Origin: a virus
Taxonomy: Duplodnaviria; Heunggongvirae; Uroviricota; Caudoviricetes
Length of the DNA stretch: 64,000 bases
Reading direction: 5' to 3' (one strand)
IMG/VR virus record: IMGVR_UViG_3300042691_014730
Span: 20,856-84,855 of that record
Position 1 is the stretch's first letter. The number at the start of each line of letters is the position of its first letter. Positions 30,167-39,585 of the stretch are shown piece after piece. The notes below the pieces were generated by a model. It was not told the origin of the DNA and made no database searches. It saw only the letters and a program-made list of their open reading frames with translations. The translations under genes and the position numbers were made by a program.

Positions 30167-32316
30167 GCAACATTTATAATTTCGTTAATAATTTTTAAAT
30201 TTTTTTTCAAAGAATAATTAGGAAAGTGTGTTTTAATATCAAAAATAGTATCAAACACAGATATAGTGTCGTATATGTTTTTATATAATCTAGGTTTATT
30301 ATATTCTCCATCAAAGTTTTCAACTAATCCAAGACTGTTATCTGGTTTATAATACACGAAAAACCTGTCACCTTCAGTGTAGTCTGAACCCTCTAATGCA
30401 TCTAATACTTTAGTTTCGTTTGTTCGACTTGATTCCATCATCGTAGATGATAGTGTCTTTCTTGCTGCCCATCTTTTAATATCTTTAACGTTGGACGCTT
30501 CTTTTATGTATTCGATATATAGTTGTTTTATTTCTTCGAATGATTTACCATATAGAGTATTTTTTATTATGTATTTAATCATTTCTTTTAGAGCAAGACA
30601 TTTGGTAGATGCTTTTAGTGCCGACCCCTTTACTGTTATCTTATCTCCTTCCCTATAAGCATAGTTTTTAGCCTTTACAACCATAATTGAATCATACATT
30701 GAATCTAATTCAAATTTAATTTCAATAGGCAATAGTCCGTTTATTTCATTTAATAATTGTTTAACTTCATCATTATTAAATGCTTCTCCATTTTTCCATA
30801 TAGTAATGGAATCTGTATCAACTTTTGGGACAGTAAATCCTTTAGAAAGAGCCCAATCTATAGAATACTGAAGTGTCTCTCTTCCTCTTCTAGTAACTTC
30901 TGCTGCTCCTGCTGGATAATTAAAGTTAAGCCCTGCTGCCCCCATGAACCCATACAATGAGTTAATTAATATCTTCTGACTAGTGTCTAGGTGCTTATAT
31001 AAACTATCTCCAGTCTCTTTTGCTAGTTTTTTATTCTTTAGACGCTCTGCTCTTAAATATTCTAATAATCCTAACATATGACAATTAGGGTCTTTTTCTG
31101 GGCTATATATTTTATACTGAAGCATAACTGATGGATATAGCGATGCGATATCGAAAGATACAGCATTTGCGTATATCCCAGGTGTTCCGTATGAGATGGC
31201 ACCTTCATAATCAACTGGTCCATCCTCTTTAGGAATACTATGTCTATTTTGTAAGTAACTTCTGACCATTAGAGCATTTAACTGACTACCACTAGCACTT
31301 TCTACTATTTGTTGAAATGTTTTAGGAATCATTTGAGTCATATAGAAAAAAGGAGCAGACATTAAGTCATATAGAGTCAATGAATCATCACTATCATCCT
31401 CACAATATACTTTTATCTTTTCCCATTCTTCAGGAATTAAATAATTGTTACGTATCTGACTAGCATCATAATGAACTCTTTTTTCTTTCTCAAGTCCTTC
31501 TGTTTTTATAATAGACTTAAGACCATAAGATTCGTATTTTTTAGTGGCGGTGTCGTATCTGTAGGCTAAGAACATGGTATCGATTAAATCTCTTCCATAT
31601 ACTTTGCAACGATTATAATGTAAATCTCTACTACCATCTACTCTAAATTTAGATTCTCTTTTAGCTCGAATTAAAGGAGAAGAATCTCTTCCTAGTTTTA
31701 ATTCATATCCGTATCTATCTGCGCAATGAATCATATACGGTAAATCGTATCCAAAAATATTATGTCCGATGATAAGACAAGGATCGATTTCTCTAACCCA
31801 TTGACACCAATCGTCGATCATTTCACCGCAGTTAGAATAATTTTCGTAAGAGAATAGTTTCTTAATTATAATACCGTTTTTACGAAATGTGTTTGATATT
31901 AATAATACTTTAGAATCATTATTATGTTCTAATCCAGTACCCTCGATATCGAATGATAACATTGGTATTTCAGTATTCTTTAGTCCTTTATAATAAGTAA
32001 ATCCGTCCTTTAACATGAAGGCTTCTTGTGGATTGTAGACGCTATAAATGTCTTCGTTTCTGTATTTTATTCTAGCTTCTTCTAGCTCTGATCTAGTTTC
32101 GTATTGAATTCCGTATTTGTAGTGGAGATTACCATTTAAACGGACTGCTGTGTTTGTTAATTTTCTATCGGAAAGTATCCAAAAACGGTTCGATACATAC
32201 TGTAAATGAGTTTTAAACTGCTCGTCTACAGTATATATCGCCGCTTTGTTATCTTCAATTTCTATTGAAACAATTCGTTGTGTTGAATTCTTGCCGTAAA
32301 TTAAAGATTCTGACAT
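30163..32316 (-). CDS. family B DNA polymerase with 3'-5' proofreading exonuclease
   Basis: Exo I FDIEGTGL, Exo II GHNIFGYD, pol motif A DIASLYPS, motif B KILINSLYGFMG, motif C KVDTDS. Confidence 0.8.
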   Translation of the reverse strand: MSESLIYGKNSTQRIVSIEIEDNKAAIYTVDEQFKTHLQYVSNRFWILSDRKLTNTAVRLNGNLHYKYGIQYETRSELEEARIKYRNEDIYSVYNPQEAFMLKDGFTYYKGLKNTEIPMLSFDIEGTGLEHNNDSKVLLISNTFRKNGIIIKKLFSYENYSNCGEMIDDWCQWVREIDPCLIIGHNIFGYDLPYMIHCADRYGYELKLGRDSSPLIRAKRESKFRVDGSRDLHYNRCKVYGRDLIDTMFLAYRYDTATKKYESYGLKSIIKTEGLEKEKRVHYDASQIRNNYLIPEEWEKIKVYCEDDSDDSLTLYDLMSAPFFYMTQMIPKTFQQIVESASGSQLNALMVRSYLQNRHSIPKEDGPVDYEGAISYGTPGIYANAVSFDIASLYPSVMLQYKIYSPEKDPNCHMLGLLEYLRAERLKNKKLAKETGDSLYKHLDTSQKILINSLYGFMGAAGLNFNYPAGAAEVTRRGRETLQYSIDWALSKGFTVPKVDTDSITIWKNGEAFNNDEVKQLLNEINGLLPIEIKFELDSMYDSIMVVKAKNYAYREGDKITVKGSALKASTKCLALKEMIKYIIKNTLYGKSFEEIKQLYIEYIKEASNVKDIKRWAARKTLSSTMMESSRTNETKVLDALEGSDYTEGDRFFVYYKPDNSLGLVENFDGEYNKPRLYKNIYDTISVFDTIFDIKTHFPNYSLKKNLKIINEIINVA

Positions 32317-32319
32317 TAT

Positions 32320-32439
32320 CTACTCTTTTGTAGATTGTTTTTCTAACTCTTCTAATGCTAGTTCAAACCATGATTGTTCGTCTTGTTCTGATCTAACGAT
32401 GATTGTAAATGGCGGCATTGGTGATTTGTTGTCTTTCAT
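32320..32439 (-). CDS. 39-aa upstream ORF with perfect AGGAGG RBS preceding the polymerase gene
   Basis: ATG 32439, product MKDNKSPMPPFTIIVRSEQDEQSWFELALEELEKQSTKE, stop 4 nt before the polymerase ATG. Below the ORF-track size cutoff. Confidence 0.35.
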   Translation of the reverse strand: MKDNKSPMPPFTIIVRSEQDEQSWFELALEELEKQSTKE

Positions 32440-32458
32440 AAGGTCCTCCTAATATCGT

Positions 32459-32488
32459 ACTATACCACATTTTAAGAAGTTTGTCAAG
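32459..32488 (-). promoter_or_regulatory. sigma70-like promoter TTGACA-N18-TATAGT
   Basis: gtactataccacattttaagaagtttgtcaag, nearly identical to P2 across the -10 region. Confidence 0.6.
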
Positions 32489-32496
32489 TACTATTT

Positions 32497-32841
32497 TTAG
32501 TCATTTATTTTTATAGAACCGTTTTGTAAAAATGTAACCATAGAACATTTATCTATTCTAGAATTATCTCTCTTTCTAAAGAAATAATCGAATTTGTACG
32601 GATTATAAGATGCGTCTATTGTACATAAGTCAAGACTACAAAATTCATTTAATTCTCCTTTAATGTAAGCGTGTACATTTTTTCTTTTCTCTCTTAATAC
32701 TTTTTTTCTTCCAGCTGGTTGAACTCTAAAAACACAGTTTAATAAAACTAAAGAATCTAAATGTTTTATTATTCTACCTTTGTGTCTAATAGACCACTTG
32801 TTTTTATGTAAATTTCTATATACTTCTACAGTTATTCCCAT
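32497..32841 (-). CDS. hypothetical basic protein
   Basis: 114 aa. Overlaps the primase-helicase stop. Confidence 0.35.
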   Translation of the reverse strand: MGITVEVYRNLHKNKWSIRHKGRIIKHLDSLVLLNCVFRVQPAGRKKVLREKRKNVHAYIKGELNEFCSLDLCTIDASYNPYKFDYFFRKRDNSRIDKCSMVTFLQNGSIKIND

Positions 32842-34790
32842 CCTGAATCTCCACCGTTTTTACTTTCTTTTTTCAATTTAAGCAATTCTTTTAGTTCTTG
32901 TTTTTCAATGTCTTCAAGTTCATAAATTTCGCCAGTTTTACCTTTCCATCCAAATTCCAATCTATCTAATTCACCCAAATCGTTTTTTAATATATTCATA
33001 ATCATATACTTATCTAACTCTTTTGTAGATGGAGTGTAGAATGGTCTAGATAAACCAACAATACCTCTGAATGATTGATACAAGAAAGAGCTACCTTTAA
33101 TTGACGTATAACTAGTTAATTCAGTGTCTGGTCCACTTCCTAAACTAAACTTATTTGGCTGACACAGAGTTATCGATGCTATGTCTAAATCGTTTACCAT
33201 ATCTTGGATTTCGTTTGCAATCTTCTTAGAGGCAGCAGTATCGTCGGCTACGTCAGTATTTACTCGTTCAAAGTAATCTAACATAACAAATCTTACCTTT
33301 TCTCCTGTCGTTTGTTCTACTTCTTGAACATAATTTCTAATACTATTAATTGTCGCTGAACTTCTATCATAAAACCAAACGTTTCCATATTTCTCTTTAA
33401 TCTTAACCATTAATTCTTTTTGTTTAGGTCCACCTGTTTTAAAGATATGATATACTTCCTCTCTAGGAAGCCCTGTAACCTTATATAGAAGCTTTTCAAA
33501 TAACCTATTACGGTGCATATCTAACGAGGCAAAAACGCTTATAATGCCTTGTTTTGAAGTATTCTCAAGGATATTTAGTGCTAGTGCAGTTTTTCCCGCA
33601 CCTGGAGCTGCCACGATACCAACGTTCGAACCTACAGTTATAGGCATTGTTGCGTCTAAGCTTTTTATTCCTGTTTTAATTGTATTCTTTTCTATGTTCT
33701 GAACAAAGTTAATGAACTGACCTTCGATTTCTGAAATCTTCATTGGTTCAACATCGATGTCTGTTTTGTTCTTAACTCCCATACTACTAGCGTATTGAGC
33801 TAACCAGTTAGTAGGGTCTTTGGTTGTGAACTGTCCACCTTTCCAATGTTCCGAAAATACTTGTCCAATAATTAAATCGATCTCGTTATCAGGGAATTGT
33901 TCTTCTCCTGTTCTTTTGGATTGAATTTCAGCAACACCGTTTAATAAATTCTTAACGTGTTCTTCGGCATATCCTACGTTTCGATATGTAGCAGCAAGAC
34001 ATAACATAGCGTGATTTCGTTGACCACTTTTAAAGAAACCATTGGCTAATAACCATCTAGCTTCATCTAAATACTTTGGTTTAACTTTCATGTCCAACGT
34101 TGTATGATCAAATGAGTATTCTACTTCAACCTTGGTTTTTGTTTCTGGAATCTGAATGTTTTTTAAAGACTCAGGTAATGACACTTTAGTACTGCTTTGT
34201 GTTAAAGGTCTTGGATTTTTAGCTAGCTCAATAATGTCTGTTAAAGACATTTCGTCTAACTCATATAATTCTAATGGGATTTTATATAGTCCTGATTTCT
34301 GATGTTTAGTGTTAGGTAATCTGATAATTCTATTAGGATCGTTCACTACTTTATCGAATGTTTTAAGATCGCCAGCAACATCAAATACTATAGCTTTAAA
34401 CATTGAAGGAGTTATACTATCGTTTAACTGAACTTCTAGAGAAAAACCTTTGTTTCCAGTAAAGTGTGAACTAATTGCTGTTTCAGGTATTCCACGTTCA
34501 ATTAATCTATGTGCAGTCGTAACTGCGTCTTTTCTGGCAAATTCAATATTATCTTTACTGTCGAAGTCGAAATATAGTATATTGGTTTCAGTATCTTCTA
34601 TTCCAGATACAGTGCCTGTCGTTGTTACTATTTTTTTATGGTTTTGATTGTATAAGAATAAACTTCTGTACCAATCTTTAGATTTATCTTTAATGAGGTT
34701 TTGATATTCATTAGCAGATACTAAGTTAGCTTTACTGGACAACCCTTCACGAAGGTTAATAAACTTCATTTCATCCTCCAAATTATTCAT
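32832..34790 (-). CDS. DNA primase / DnaB-like replicative helicase fusion
   Basis: C-terminal Walker A APGAGKT, DnaB-like Walker B VMLDYFERV and LCQPNK (compare DnaB SQLNR). N-terminal domain carries a DFD motif consistent with a primase. AGGAGG RBS. Confidence 0.65.
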   Translation of the reverse strand: MNNLEDEMKFINLREGLSSKANLVSANEYQNLIKDKSKDWYRSLFLYNQNHKKIVTTTGTVSGIEDTETNILYFDFDSKDNIEFARKDAVTTAHRLIERGIPETAISSHFTGNKGFSLEVQLNDSITPSMFKAIVFDVAGDLKTFDKVVNDPNRIIRLPNTKHQKSGLYKIPLELYELDEMSLTDIIELAKNPRPLTQSSTKVSLPESLKNIQIPETKTKVEVEYSFDHTTLDMKVKPKYLDEARWLLANGFFKSGQRNHAMLCLAATYRNVGYAEEHVKNLLNGVAEIQSKRTGEEQFPDNEIDLIIGQVFSEHWKGGQFTTKDPTNWLAQYASSMGVKNKTDIDVEPMKISEIEGQFINFVQNIEKNTIKTGIKSLDATMPITVGSNVGIVAAPGAGKTALALNILENTSKQGIISVFASLDMHRNRLFEKLLYKVTGLPREEVYHIFKTGGPKQKELMVKIKEKYGNVWFYDRSSATINSIRNYVQEVEQTTGEKVRFVMLDYFERVNTDVADDTAASKKIANEIQDMVNDLDIASITLCQPNKFSLGSGPDTELTSYTSIKGSSFLYQSFRGIVGLSRPFYTPSTKELDKYMIMNILKNDLGELDRLEFGWKGKTGEIYELEDIEKQELKELLKLKKESKNGGDSGWE

Positions 34791-34869
34791 AATATCCTCC
34801 TTTTAGATACCCTTCCGTGGCATTGCACCAGGGAAGGGATTTATTAATACTAGCAGTTGGAGGGAGCCA

Positions 34870-35148
34870 CTAGTCTTTTGTAGTTTGGATAATTTCAAAT
34901 CTAACGAAATCAGGAATCTCGTTAGCATATTCAAGTTGTTTCTTTGCATAATCTTCTGTAATTTTACCATCTTTTAAGGCTTTGTTAATTCCGTCAATCT
35001 TAGATTTTTTACTTTCTAAGTTTAGAAATACCTTTTTACCTTCTGGGACTACAATGCTTCTAAATAACTCAATGTAATCTGATTCACCAGGGTTTTTTGA
35101 TTTCTTAATTGCTCCGACTTTTTTTCTAGACATTTTTTTCTCCTTCAT
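34870..35148 (-). CDS. hypothetical protein
   Basis: 92 aa, lysine-rich. Confidence 0.35.
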   Translation of the reverse strand: MKEKKMSRKKVGAIKKSKNPGESDYIELFRSIVVPEGKKVFLNLESKKSKIDGINKALKDGKITEDYAKKQLEYANEIPDFVRFEIIQTTKD

Positions 35149-35560
35149 TAATAATTTCTAAATCTTTCTTTTCTTGTTCAGTGAGTTCCACGTTAGGGTC
35201 TGCTGCTTTTTGTAGTAAATCTCGTGCATTATTTAATGTTTCTAACATCATTAAGAACTTACATTCTAAAGCATAGTTTCCAATTTCCAATAGAACCTTT
35301 TCTGTTTTATTTAACTTATAAGAAGCATCATTTAAGTCTTTATCTACTAAAGCTTTTAATAAACGTTTTGCTCCTCTTGAAGATAAATAGTCTACACCTT
35401 GTCTGAACTTAGTAGAATATAATCCATACCCTAAACTTGCTGTAGCTAGTGGATCGTTTGCTCGTTTTTCTGCTTCAGCTAAAAGTCTTTCTTCTTCAGC
35501 TTTAACGTCTAATTCTTTTAATTGTTCTTCTTCTGTCAATTGTTTATTTTCTTCTGACAT
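35126..35560 (-). CDS. hypothetical coiled-coil protein
   Basis: 144 aa. Confidence 0.35.
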   Translation of the reverse strand: MSEENKQLTEEEQLKELDVKAEEERLLAEAEKRANDPLATASLGYGLYSTKFRQGVDYLSSRGAKRLLKALVDKDLNDASYKLNKTEKVLLEIGNYALECKFLMMLETLNNARDLLQKAADPNVELTEQEKKDLEIINEGEKNV

Positions 35561-35569
35561 AATTATCCT

Positions 35570-36085
35570 TTATTGCCAACCGTCGTCTTGTTGTGGCTCT
35601 GTTTGTTTTGTTTCAGTAGCTTTGTTTGGTCTGCTAAATCCAGATGATTTAGACGAAGAAGCTTTAGGTGTTTCTTGTTTTGTTTCAGTAGAAGATTCTT
35701 TAACGTCAGTTACAGGAGAGTCTACGATTCTAGAACCTTCGTCTAGGTCAGCTAGAGCGAATTGGGTTCCGTAACCGATGAGAGCCATACATCTACCAAT
35801 ACTTCCTGTTTCTGCTTTTTCAGTGTGATCAGAAAAGTCTTTCTTTGTTTCACGTTTAGTTGCAGAAACGCTTTTAATCATCTGTCCCTGCTCATTAAAA
35901 ATAGTTACAGTACTTTGTGCAACGGTCTGATCATCATCAATATGTAAAAATTTTGTTTCAATTTGAAAGTTACTAACTTCTTCATTAAACCATTGTAATC
36001 TGTGTGCAACTAAAAGATACTGTTTACCTTTTAAATTAACTAACGGTAGATCAGTTCCTTTAGGTGTCTTAAGTGTTTTACTCAT
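35570..36085 (-). CDS. putative ssDNA-binding protein with disordered acidic C-terminal tail
   Basis: Globular N-terminal domain followed by a low-complexity tail ending QQDDGWQ (acidic plus aromatic, as in T7 gp2.5 or SSB tails). Sits in the replication/recombination cluster. Inference only. Confidence 0.3.
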   Translation of the reverse strand: MSKTLKTPKGTDLPLVNLKGKQYLLVAHRLQWFNEEVSNFQIETKFLHIDDDQTVAQSTVTIFNEQGQMIKSVSATKRETKKDFSDHTEKAETGSIGRCMALIGYGTQFALADLDEGSRIVDSPVTDVKESSTETKQETPKASSSKSSGFSRPNKATETKQTEPQQDDGWQ

Positions 36086-36094
36086 TATATCTCC

Positions 36095-36340
36095 TTAGTT
36101 AAATAATCCTTCTTTGATTACTGACATTTTAAATCTTTCAACTGCTACTGTTTTTTCAACGTCTTCTCCTAGAACTTCTGGAACCCCAGCTAATCCTAGT
36201 TCTACATTGTATGGTACTTTAATAGTTTTAAAAACACCATTATGTTTAACTAAACCAATAGCAGCGTTATTAAATTCTGTTAATTCGTTTTGTTCTTCGT
36301 TTGAAGATTCTACTTCATTTTGTTTTTTAGACTTTGACAT
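36095..36340 (-). CDS. hypothetical protein
   Basis: First gene after promoter P4. Confidence 0.4.
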   Translation of the reverse strand: MSKSKKQNEVESSNEEQNELTEFNNAAIGLVKHNGVFKTIKVPYNVELGLAGVPEVLGEDVEKTVAVERFKMSVIKEGLFN

Positions 36341-36361
36341 TTGTGTCCTTTTGTTAAAATT

Positions 36362-36390
36362 ACTATATCACACTTTTTAAATTTTGTCAA
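36362..36390 (-). promoter_or_regulatory. sigma70 consensus promoter TTGACA-N17-TATAGT
   Basis: Reverse complement reads gttgTTGACAaaatttaaaaagtgtgaTATAGTaa. Confidence 0.65.
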
Positions 36391-36546
36391 CAACTTTATA
36401 ATAAAAAATAAGCAATTAAAAACACCCAACCACCAATAACATAAGGTCTGGATTCTTTAATCCGTTCTTCAGACTTAGGGAAAATTCCACCTTGTTTATA
36501 TATAGCAATAATAAACATTACTAAAGCAGCTGTATTCAATACCATT

Positions 36547-36762
36547 TTATAATCCATTTAGTATTCTCCTTAATTTCCTACGACATTTATAATAGAATGC
36601 CATTAATTTATTACCTTCAATCGTGTGTAATAGTTCTTCAATTAAATGCATATTATTGATAATGGGTTCATCTAAAAATTTAATATATTCAATATCGTTT
36701 ACTATTTTATTCTGATAAAGAAGATTTGCTATCTCTAATTTTCCCGCAGTACTTACGTACAT
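36547..36762 (-). CDS. hypothetical protein
   Basis: 71 aa. Confidence 0.3.
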   Translation of the reverse strand: MYVSTAGKLEIANLLYQNKIVNDIEYIKFLDEPIINNMHLIEELLHTIEGNKLMAFYYKCRRKLRRILNGL

Positions 36763-36763
36763 A

Positions 36764-37834
36764 TTAGTCCTTTTTTATCACTTGACTGTAATCATCTTTA
36801 TGACATATCTCGTAGAAAGCACATTTACCGTAAGGTTTGATACAAGCACTTAAGTTTCTAGGAAATATTTCAGTTTTAATTGCAGCATTAACCATATTCA
36901 TATTTTCAATAACAATTTGTTCTAATTTCTCTGGTATTTCGTTTATTAAAATCTGAGTGAATATACTTGGATTTAAAATTTCTTTCCATTCACCATCACA
37001 TCTTATTCCTTCGATAATATTATTACATGTTTTATGTCTACCACCTGTACCATCGAATCCACATTTAGTACATGTTTTAGTTTTATTCTTACGAATATGT
37101 TTATGTAAAACAAAAAATCCTGCTAATCTTGTGTTTTCAAAATCAGGACTAAGACCGTGAACATATAAACTTAATTGAGGACTTGTCATTACTGCATTAT
37201 CTTCATACATTCTACTAGAAGTTTTAAAGTCTAAAATAATAGGCTTATCATATCCTTTCCATTTAACTACGGCATCTGCATATCCTATAATACTATCACC
37301 TTCTGAATTAGTTAGTTCAACTTTAACTTGCGTTCCTAGTACTTTTTCTACGTTTTTATTAATGATCTTACTCGCTTCCTGAATCATTAATGTACCCTTA
37401 ACCAACATGACATGCCAGTTAATAAAATTAAGTTCTTTTTTCTTTGAGTTAGGTAATCCATCATAACTTAATTTATCTTTTAATTCATATAAAGCGTCAA
37501 CTTGTTCTTTAGTCGGTAGATCATCTCCTAGCTGACAAAACTGTTCAAGTATTTCATAATCAAAGTCAGAGTTAGCATACACTACATTCGTAGCTTCTTT
37601 TAACTGTGTTTTAACTCCATTCAAATCTTGTTCTGTCCACATGTTTTTAAATATTTTAATAGAAGCCGATTCATCTCTAGTTATTATAAGATGTTCTAGT
37701 GCTTTATCTAGGGCAGTACCGAATAACAATGCTGACGAATGTAAGTTCCCACGGAATCCTTTTTTATAATGAAGTTCCCATGCTTTAGAACAGTCAGTGT
37801 ATTTAGTTACTGAAGAGTGTGATAATTTATTCAA
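36764..37834 (-). CDS. PD-(D/E)XK exonuclease, Cas4/RecB-like with C-terminal Cys cluster
   Basis: Nuclease motifs IGYADAV ... ILDFKTS (D ... D/E-x-K). Cysteine clusters CTKCGF...C and CIKPYGKCAFYEIC suggest an Fe-S domain. Confidence 0.55.
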   Translation of the reverse strand: MNKLSHSSVTKYTDCSKAWELHYKKGFRGNLHSSALLFGTALDKALEHLIITRDESASIKIFKNMWTEQDLNGVKTQLKEATNVVYANSDFDYEILEQFCQLGDDLPTKEQVDALYELKDKLSYDGLPNSKKKELNFINWHVMLVKGTLMIQEASKIINKNVEKVLGTQVKVELTNSEGDSIIGYADAVVKWKGYDKPIILDFKTSSRMYEDNAVMTSPQLSLYVHGLSPDFENTRLAGFFVLHKHIRKNKTKTCTKCGFDGTGGRHKTCNNIIEGIRCDGEWKEILNPSIFTQILINEIPEKLEQIVIENMNMVNAAIKTEIFPRNLSACIKPYGKCAFYEICHKDDYSQVIKKD

Positions 37835-37919
37835 TGATTAACTCCTGTTTTAGTTATTGTGACTATTACACCAACTAAAAATCCCATTAAAAATGTTATT
37901 CCAAATTGAAATATTTTTT

Positions 37920-38201
37920 CTAACATGCTTCCTGCTTTTTTTGAAAAAACTGTTCTAAGGTTAGAGAAGCTTTGCTGAAATTACATGATCTGCAACATAC
38001 TGCAAGATTATCTATTCTATTAGAACCTCCCTTAGATAGGGGTAGTTTATGATCGATTGTTACATAATTAGGTAATTGTGGATTGTCGAATTGCATATCG
38101 TTTTCACAATATTCACATTTATATTTATTATGTTTTAATAAGTTACGTTTAATTAGATTACGTCTATTTCTTTGATATTGACTTCCGTTTTTACATGCCA
38201 T
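37920..38201 (-). CDS. HNH endonuclease
   Basis: CEYCEN...IDHKLPLSKGGSNRIDNLAVCCRSCN HNH signature. GGAGG RBS. Confidence 0.6.
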   Translation of the reverse strand: MACKNGSQYQRNRRNLIKRNLLKHNKYKCEYCENDMQFDNPQLPNYVTIDHKLPLSKGGSNRIDNLAVCCRSCNFSKASLTLEQFFQKKQEAC

Positions 38202-38223
38202 TATTTCCTCCCAATGACATGTT

Positions 38224-38252
38224 TACTATATCATACTTTTGTTATTTTGTCA
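38224..38252 (-). promoter_or_regulatory. sigma70 consensus promoter TTGACA-N17-TATAGT with TGn extended -10
   Basis: Reverse complement reads TTGACAaaataacaaaagtatgaTATAGT. Confidence 0.65.
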
Positions 38253-38560
38253 AGCATTTTAATTGCTTCTCCTAAACCTAGAATGATAACAACGTCTGTT
38301 TCATCTAATTGAATAGCGACAGTGACGGGATTTGAACACATTGTTGCTGCTTTTATTGGTGAGTAACTGAGTATATTGCCATCTATATCTTTTACTGGAT
38401 AAGGACACCCTACTAATCTTTGACAAATATTCATTTTAGCTTCCTTTTGGATAGATTTTAATATACTCATGTTATTTATAATTGTTTCTTTTGATATTTG
38501 ATTAACTCCAAATCCTGAATTTGTATAAATCTTTTTACTTTTTTCTGGGAGTTCACTCAT
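38231..38560 (-). CDS. hypothetical protein
   Basis: 109 aa. Confidence 0.35.
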   Translation of the reverse strand: MSELPEKSKKIYTNSGFGVNQISKETIINNMSILKSIQKEAKMNICQRLVGCPYPVKDIDGNILSYSPIKAATMCSNPVTVAIQLDETDVVIILGLGEAIKMLDKITKV

Positions 38561-38582
38561 TCATTATCCTTTTTTATTAGAT

Positions 38583-38771
38583 TCATAATTTAAAAACTCC
38601 ATTAATAAGATTCCCTAAAAAATAACAAAACAATATAAATAACAAACCAGGAACTATTACTTCAATGTAGTCTTTAAAAAAAATGTACACGCTTGTAATT
38701 CCAAGAACAATAACAAAAATTAAAAAACTAAATGCAAATCCAATAAAAATATTATGAAGTATCTCCAACAT
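38583..38771 (-). CDS. small membrane protein
   Basis: 62 aa with two hydrophobic helices. Confidence 0.3.
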   Translation of the reverse strand: MLEILHNIFIGFAFSFLIFVIVLGITSVYIFFKDYIEVIVPGLLFILFCYFLGNLINGVFKL

Positions 38772-38772
38772 T

Positions 38773-39072
38773 CTATTCTCCTTTTAGTTCGCTTAATTTT
38801 TGATTTATCTCATTGAGTTCATTTTGTAATTCAAGAGACGTGCTTCCACTTAAGTACATCAACTTAACTCTGTCCATTGGATAATCCACACAGCTTGTCA
38901 TATCTAAAGCTGACCCGATTTCGTGAGCTTTTCTGTCATAGCATCTTCCGTAGTAGTTCATTAATTTATCTGCGATTTCACCTTTACGCTCAAGGAGTGA
39001 GATTTTATTAAGCAGTACTGCCACATCATCTCTGTGCCACCATTTACTATCTACTGTAATCTTACCGCTCAT
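38773..39072 (-). CDS. hypothetical protein
   Basis: 99 aa. Confidence 0.35.
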   Translation of the reverse strand: MSGKITVDSKWWHRDDVAVLLNKISLLERKGEIADKLMNYYGRCYDRKAHEIGSALDMTSCVDYPMDRVKLMYLSGSTSLELQNELNEINQKLSELKGE

Positions 39073-39401
39073 TCACTCACCTCTATTTCTGTTGAGAATT
39101 TTTCCGTTTTGATAAATTTCCATTTATTACCGATTACGTCGCCCATCGAATTTATAAAAACTTGGTCATAATCATCTATGTAAAATGAAACATTAAACTC
39201 AATTTTCTTGGTTTTAACTGGAATAGCTTTTTGATAGCTCCCTAGTGGATCAGAAAAATGCAATGAACACTTATTTAGGCAAAAATACTGACCGTCTTCG
39301 TTGGCAGTAAATATAGAACCAGCAATCTTAATTGGTTTTCTGTCTGCCGCCCACTGGTGTAGCTCTGAGTAATCTTTAAATGGTTCAAATTTGTATTTCA
39401 T
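39069..39401 (-). CDS. hypothetical protein
   Basis: 110 aa. Confidence 0.35.
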   Translation of the reverse strand: MKYKFEPFKDYSELHQWAADRKPIKIAGSIFTANEDGQYFCLNKCSLHFSDPLGSYQKAIPVKTKKIEFNVSFYIDDYDQVFINSMGDVIGNKWKFIKTEKFSTEIEVSE

Positions 39402-39585
39402 CTGTAATCCTCTGTTTTGTAATAAGCTTTAAATTTTTTAATTAAATCTGGATATAAATATGTTTCTTCTTTTGTATATTCATGCCAACCCCAAGACATT
39501 TCAACCCATAGTGAATCAGTGGATTCTCTGTACCACTTAAATCCAGACAAAAACATGTTTAGTATTTCTTTAAACATTATTATTC

